From Phyllobates terribilis (Eukaryota), in assembly GCF_046119375.1 (NCBI RefSeq), contig NW_027362764.1, forward strand, positions 151,404,001-151,468,000: DNA of 64,000 nt, read 5' to 3'. The notes under the pieces were generated by a model, which saw only the letters and a program-made list of their open reading frames with translations, was not told the origin of the DNA and searched no databases. Positions 58,552 through 64,000 of the stretch are shown here, one piece after another; position 1 is the first letter of the stretch, and every line of letters begins with the position of its first letter. Made by a program: the position numbers and the translations under genes.

Positions 58552-58691
58552 GAGATTTTGACAATAATGTTCATCCAGGCCAAATGCGCTCCCAAGAAGC
58601 CAGTGAATACTGTGGGTATATATTCTCACAGTATTCACTGGCTACTTGGGAGCGCATTTGCCCTGGATGAACATTATTGTCAAAAGGTCTC
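58552..58691. repeat. 140-bp foldback hairpin with ~63-bp arms
   Basis: GAGATTTTGACAATAATGTTCATCCAGG..CAGTGAATACTGTG / CACAGTATTCACTG..CCTGGATGAACATTATTGTCAAAAGGTCTC. Confidence 0.9.
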
Positions 58692-59565
58692 ATTAAAGCA
58701 ACCCTTTCATCCACCATTATAATCCTTAGAACTTCCGAAGATAATCTATAAAAATGACTGACTATGAAATACACATGTAATGAAGGGATTTGGCTGATAT
58801 CACTTTCCGCCTCCCAAAACACCCTGCTACGGTGCCCCTGAGTGTACGTGTGCTGTGTACTTGTTGCTTACACCTTTGCAGACCACTAGTGTTAGTAGGG
58901 AATGGGGACCTTACATTCAAGCGATGAATCAGGGAGGCCAATCAATGACATGCATTTCTTTAACCTTTTCTTCCACTTAAGGCAGAGGCTCATAACTTAG
59001 ATTCTTGATAAATGGCATAATTATGGTGTTCAGTACAGACTGCAGAGTAAGGGCTCATTCTCATATGCGAAAAAAACGAACAAGTGCAATCCGATAAAAA
59101 AATCGGATTGCACTCGGACCAGTGTTAATCTATGAGGTACATTTCATCTGCGATTTTTTTCTCGGCTGAAATCAGACTGAGAAAAAAATCACAGCATGCT
59201 GTGTTTTACTGCATATATTGGATGAGACTCGCCAATTCAAGTCAATGGGTGCTTGAAAAAAAAAACGCACAGCACTCGGACCATGCGAGTGCTGTCCATT
59301 TTTGTTCCGTAAAAAACGCACACATGTATCCAAATACCTCAAATTGATCAGGACAAGCCAGGAAGCTCATTAATTCACACAAGTGATGTCATAAATTAGT
59401 GTAAACCCAGTCATGCCTCCACGGATGCAGCCCCACATCATGAATGTGCACTGCCTTATTTCGTTGGTGCAGCAGCGGCCCAAGTTATGGGACAGTAGAC
59501 ATGTGGGATATCAGGATCTCACCAATGTATCATGGTGCGAGAATCAGAATCTAAAGTATAATAAA

Positions 59566-62323
59566 TAGTGATGAGCGAGCACTAAAATGCTCGCGTACTC
59601 GTTGCTTAGGTCAAAAAAATACTCGGGTGCTCGACCCGAGCAACGAGCCCAATGTAAGTCTATGGGAAACTCGAGCATTTTTCAGGCGGCTCCCCCCGGC
59701 CATCTGCAGAGGGCCTAAAAAGTGCCCAAATCGATGGGAACAGTGCTCAAATTACATAGGAACAGCATGTGGAAGACCCCTGGAAGCATCTCTGACTCCC
59801 AGATCACTGCTGTCAACAACGTGGTCAGAGTATTACGCCACTTTTACGGACTCACAATAAAACATACAAAAGCGAAACCAAAATGGATTTTCCTGGGAAA
59901 TATGTTAAGGAACATCCTTTCCAGTGTAATGAATTGTATAAAAGGCAAAATAAATAACTAAAAACAAAAATACTCCTCCACAACTTGGGCTATGTTCACA
60001 CGTAGCGTTTTTGAAACGTTTTTTCACTTTTGCATTGCTTTCAACCGTGACAAATGCATTCACCAGGAAATGTCATTTTAACATTTTACAACCTTATCTG
60101 GCCATGTGGTGTGTGACACATCATCAGACACATGCATACAGTGCTGAAAAGACATGGGAACAGCATGGGGAAGACCTCTGGAAGCATCTTTGACTCCCAG
60201 GTCACTGCCTAAAAGTGTGCCCATCATAAGTGATCCTTGGTGCATGCAAAGATGCCTCCCACCATGCATCTGTCATTGCAGACTTGCAACAATCACCGTC
60301 CACGTCCTTGTCCCACTGCAGCGTTCAGTTGTCCCTACCCCATACCTTGGAATGCAAGTGCAAGTATGCAGGCAGCTACTCACCCACCCACCCACAGGCT
60401 GCAATACTATACTGCCCTGTGGGTGGGTGGGTGAGACGGGCCCTGGCTTCTCCTTCAGGAGAGTTCATAGTGCCAAGGTGAGGCCATGATGATGATAGAG
60501 GCCACCATCTGCTTAGTTTTCTGTCACTTGGAATGCAAGTGCAAGTATGCAGCCAGCCACCCACCCACCCACAGGCCGCAACACTAAACTGCCAGATTTC
60601 TGGGCAGCTCTTTGCCCTTGAAATATGGCCTTTTAAGCTCTTGGAGGCGGAAGCTTTTCACAACCTCATGCCGGCGGCGGCCTGGTGTCCATACTCGGTC
60701 CCCAGCCGCCACTGTTTCTCTCGGTGTCGCCTCCGCCTTCCACAAGCATGGGTCTCACAACATTACCCGTGCCCTCCCCAGTGCACTTACTGGGAAGGAC
60801 CGCCTAATCACAAACAAGTGGACAGGTGAATGTGGCCAGGGACGGTACGGAGCCAGTCAACAACTTTTTTGGCTGAGAGTTGTATTTAGCTCGGTGAAAG
60901 GACTGTCATAGAGGGAAACCGTATCTACCCTGTGTGTCATTCTCCCAGGAAGTCCTCTAAAGCTGCTTGCACTTGAAACGCGGCCTGAACAATACTGCTG
61001 GTACTTTTCTGTGGGAGTTTGCTTGCCTCCTACCAGCCTGGAATATTTCCTGCAAACTATGGTACGACGCCATGGTATTAGCACTGCCCCCAGTACCAGT
61101 AGTGAAGCCATCCCCAATTTCCTTCTCAGGAATTTTATTTGGTAGACTGAGTGGCTGCCCAAATACATTTTCTCACAAAGGAGCTGAAGATAGAGTGGCA
61201 GTAGGTGCAAGTTTCTCCAGCCTGTTAGATATTAGAGGGTGAACGGCAGCACATTGGATCAGTGGTTAGTACTGAAGCCTTGCAGCGCTGGGATTCTGGG
61301 TTCAAATTCCAGCAAGGACAACATCTGCAAGGACTTTGTATGTTCTCCCCGTGTTTGCGTATGTTTCCTCCTCAGTAAAAGTAGAGTGTCCGGGAACCTT
61401 CCCACACACTTTTCTTAGCAAGGACTGCTTCTCGGCAGGGTTGAACGGTCCCAACAGAGAATCCTCAGGTGTGCCTTGGCTTCTACCTCAGGAGAGTTCA
61501 TGATAGCGCTAACTTTGCAGCTGCTATGGGGCTCTTGAGTGGGTGAGAAAGGTTATCCCTCAGAATCAAATCCTCTGGTGGGCACAATGTTTTTCAATCT
61601 GAAACAGCTTCTCAGTGGGAGTTGTATTTCACCACAGCCATATTCTTTAGCTCGGTGAAAGGACTGGCATAGAGGGAAACCGTATCTACCCCGGCTGCCA
61701 TTTCTCTGTCACCAGGTTCCGCCCATTGTCACACACGACCATGCCTGGCTGTATGTTCAGCGGTGAGAGCCACAGATCAGGCTGCTGTGTTACAGCTTTC
61801 AACAACTCTGCAGCGCTGGGCGGTTTGTCAATTAAGCATTAAGCATGTTATCTTCAGCACAGTCTTTTGCCGCTTGTACAAGTCAGTGCTGTAGTGCTGT
61901 CAGCTTGTGACTGATGTAGTCATTTCAGAGATGGAGGAGGAGGTGAATGAGCTGAACAATGTGATTACATTGAGGTTAAATTGGTGACGCTGTTTTTTTA
62001 TATTAAAGAAAGATCCTACTGTTTTGTTTTTTTTACGTCATTTTTTAAGACAAATGCATTCACCGGGAAATGTCATTTTAACATTTTACAACCATATCTG
62101 GCAATGTGGTGTGTGACACATCATCAGACACATCCTGTTTTATTTATGACGGAGGGACTCTGAAAGTCATAAAGCCTATTTTTATAAGGCCATCAGACGG
62201 CCCTTACTATTCTTAAAAGACCAGCAGTCGGCCCTCGCTATTGTTAGAGAGCCATCAGCCGGCTAAGCCTTGTTGTTCTTATTATTAACAAGTGGGTCTC
62301 CTATACTGTTATTGCGTATCCAG
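59566..62323. mobile_element. Older degenerate hAT-family element with rearranged transposase fragments (right boundary uncertain)
   Basis: TIR TAGTGATGAGCG at 59566. The + strand at 60590-60850 gives LEIWPFKLLEAEAFHNLM..YSVPSRHCFS..HNITRAL..WTGECGQGRY (homologous to the 22844-26203 protein). The minus strand near 61730 gives PGMVVCDNGRNL. Confidence 0.7.
61245..61371 (+). mobile_element. 5' fragment of a V-SINE-like element
   Basis: GGCAGCAC..CAGTGGTTAG..GGGTTCAAAT (A and B boxes) followed by TATGTTCTCCCCGTGTTTGCGT. Confidence 0.7.
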
Positions 62324-62791
62324 TAGTGTTGAGCCACCACCGTAGTGTTCGAGTTCGGTTCGGTTCGGTTCATCGAACACCCGTGTGTTCGCCGAACTGT
62401 TCGTCGAACACCTTCGAACACCGTTAAAACCAATGGCAGGCAAACAAAAACACATAGAAACACATAGAAAACACCTTCAAAGGTGTCCAAAAGCTGACAA
62501 ACTGCTCAGAAGACATAACTAACACGTGGAAAAGAGACAAGTACATATAGTCATGCGAAAAGAAAAGAGGTGGAGGAGTAAAAGGAGGGGGAGACACAGA
62601 TATAGGCATGTCATGCCCTTCTAAAATCCAAAAAGTGAGAAGCCGACACGGCCAGTCCGTTCCTGCCCGTGCCACCTCCGTGTCGCCGGGTTTGTGCCAG
62701 AGCCGCAATACTGGTGCCTGTCCGCTGGTGGGTCGAGCGAGCCCCCCTGTGGTGGAGGCAGCTCTAAGCTTTTTAATTTAAATTGTCTCTC

Positions 62792-63036
62792 TAATGAATA
62801 CACTTTAAATCCTTTTACAAGGATCTATTGGAGGGCAAGTCTCATGCCAGCAGCCGCGTAATTCCAGCTCCAGTAGTGTCCACTAAAGCTGCTGCAGTTA
62901 AAAAGCTTTTATAAGGATCGAGCTTGGCTGTCTACCACAAGTCAAAGCCCCTATGCCTTGGGGTGCCTCCTGATGCTCTTCACTGAGTATCCCGTGGTCC
63001 CGAAGCATTTCCTTTGAAAAAATTAAGTGTCCAAAC
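62792..63036 (+). pseudogene. 18S rRNA fragment, copy C (small internal deletion)
   Basis: Same sequence as copies A and B with a deletion near 62940. Confidence 0.88.
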
Positions 63037-63325
63037 TACAGGTGGTGTAGCTTGCTTAACAGCCGGGATAATCCGCTGACTAGCAGATTACTAGCTGACT
63101 AGCAGACACTGCTACTAGGCACAAAGTATTTCCTGGGCTAGATGCAGTTAAAAATTTGTAATTAGATACTCTCGTTGGATGCTGAGAAAGCATTCCATAG
63201 AGTCTCCTGGCACGCCATATATTATTCTCTTAAAAAGCTTGGGGTAGGGGTCTAGGGGACCCTTTTATAGCCAAAATCACGGTCCTGTATCGCAATACGT
63301 CACCTAGGCTGAAGATAAATGGAAC

Positions 63326-64000
63326 TGTAGCACCCTGAGGGCTCGGTTGCTACAGAGGTATTGCACCTCACCCAGAGGTCTGATATCTCACTCTCAGGTA
63401 AGGATGGAGTGTGGATCAGGACCCGACACCTGCATGCATTACACCACATTGCCGTGGGGCAGGGTGACCAATATGCCCCTGAGATGGGCACGACAGTCCA
63501 TGTCCCTGGCTTGAGTGGGGGGAGGGAACACTGAGGAAGGGGAACCCTGTACTGCAGGAGCAGGGAGGAAGCAGTTCCTGGGTGCATAGAGAAAGGAGTA
63601 TAAAAGGTGGGCACCTTCTTAGTTCAGTGCAGAGAAGTCTGAGCAGAAGTGACAGGGAGCAGGGGCTCTGCATGAGCTCTGCTCCGGAGGCGGGCCTAGT
63701 AACAGAGGCCCAGGCCTGGAAGAGGGAGAAGGAAGAGGAGCGGAGAAGGCTCCAGGAACAAGGAACGAAGGGATCCCAGGGGTGCGGACGGGCGAGTCGC
63801 CACCGCACGCCCGAATCCACCTGCGTGGAGGGGTCAGGCCAAAGGGGGAGACCGGTCCCCGAAACTAGTGGAGGCGGGAAACGACCCTCAGCTACACCCG
63901 CTAGGAAGGCACCACATAGGGTCAGGGAAACTGGCGCCAAGTTTACCAAGAGGAGGCCTGAGGCAGCCGGACAGAAGGGTTGGTAAGAAAGGCCAGACAA
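63326..64000 (+). mobile_element. LTR inside the L1 fragment, copy C (truncated by the window end)
   Basis: GAAC then TGTAGCACCCTGAGGG, the same insertion site as copies A and B. Confidence 0.88.

Larger units (their letters stand above)
62324..64000 (-). mobile_element. Third cargo-bearing hAT copy (C), running off the window
   Basis: TIR TAGTGTTGAGC at 62324 after GTATCCAG. Collinear with 12657-14410 (terminus, 18S piece, L1 piece from 63166, LTR from 63326), with private indels. Confidence 0.93.

Overview
Eukaryotic, transposon-saturated window with no identifiable host gene. The repeat repertoire (TTAA-flanked T2/Kolobok-type MITEs, an L2 with a 2A-like motif, V-SINEs, an amphibian-type 18S fragment) points to a frog genome; this is an inference. 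The centrepiece is a 16.6-kb composite hAT DNA transposon at 12657-29271, bounded by imperfect TIRs and an exact 8-bp TSD (GTCTTAAT). It consists of two tandem units. Each unit carries the same cargo: an ~265-bp 18S rRNA fragment, an L1 RT fragment split by a solo LTR, and a truncated DD37E Tc1. The transposase is split into complementary N- and C-terminal halves, and the 5' region holds a 19-copy ~110-bp satellite. A third cargo-bearing copy starts at 62324. A 336-bp TSD-flanked retroposon at 30633-30968 contains a complete type I hammerhead ribozyme core with a U3-A8 covariation. Also present: three full-length Tc1/mariner elements (one DD38E, two Sleeping-Beauty-like), a near-intact L2 ORF2, a decayed full-length Gypsy element with a tRNA-Ser PBS, several solo LTRs, a CR1 3' end, V-SINEs and nested MITEs. 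One weak host-exon candidate lies at 36736-36822. Identities are by-eye estimates and family names rest on recalled motifs, not database searches.
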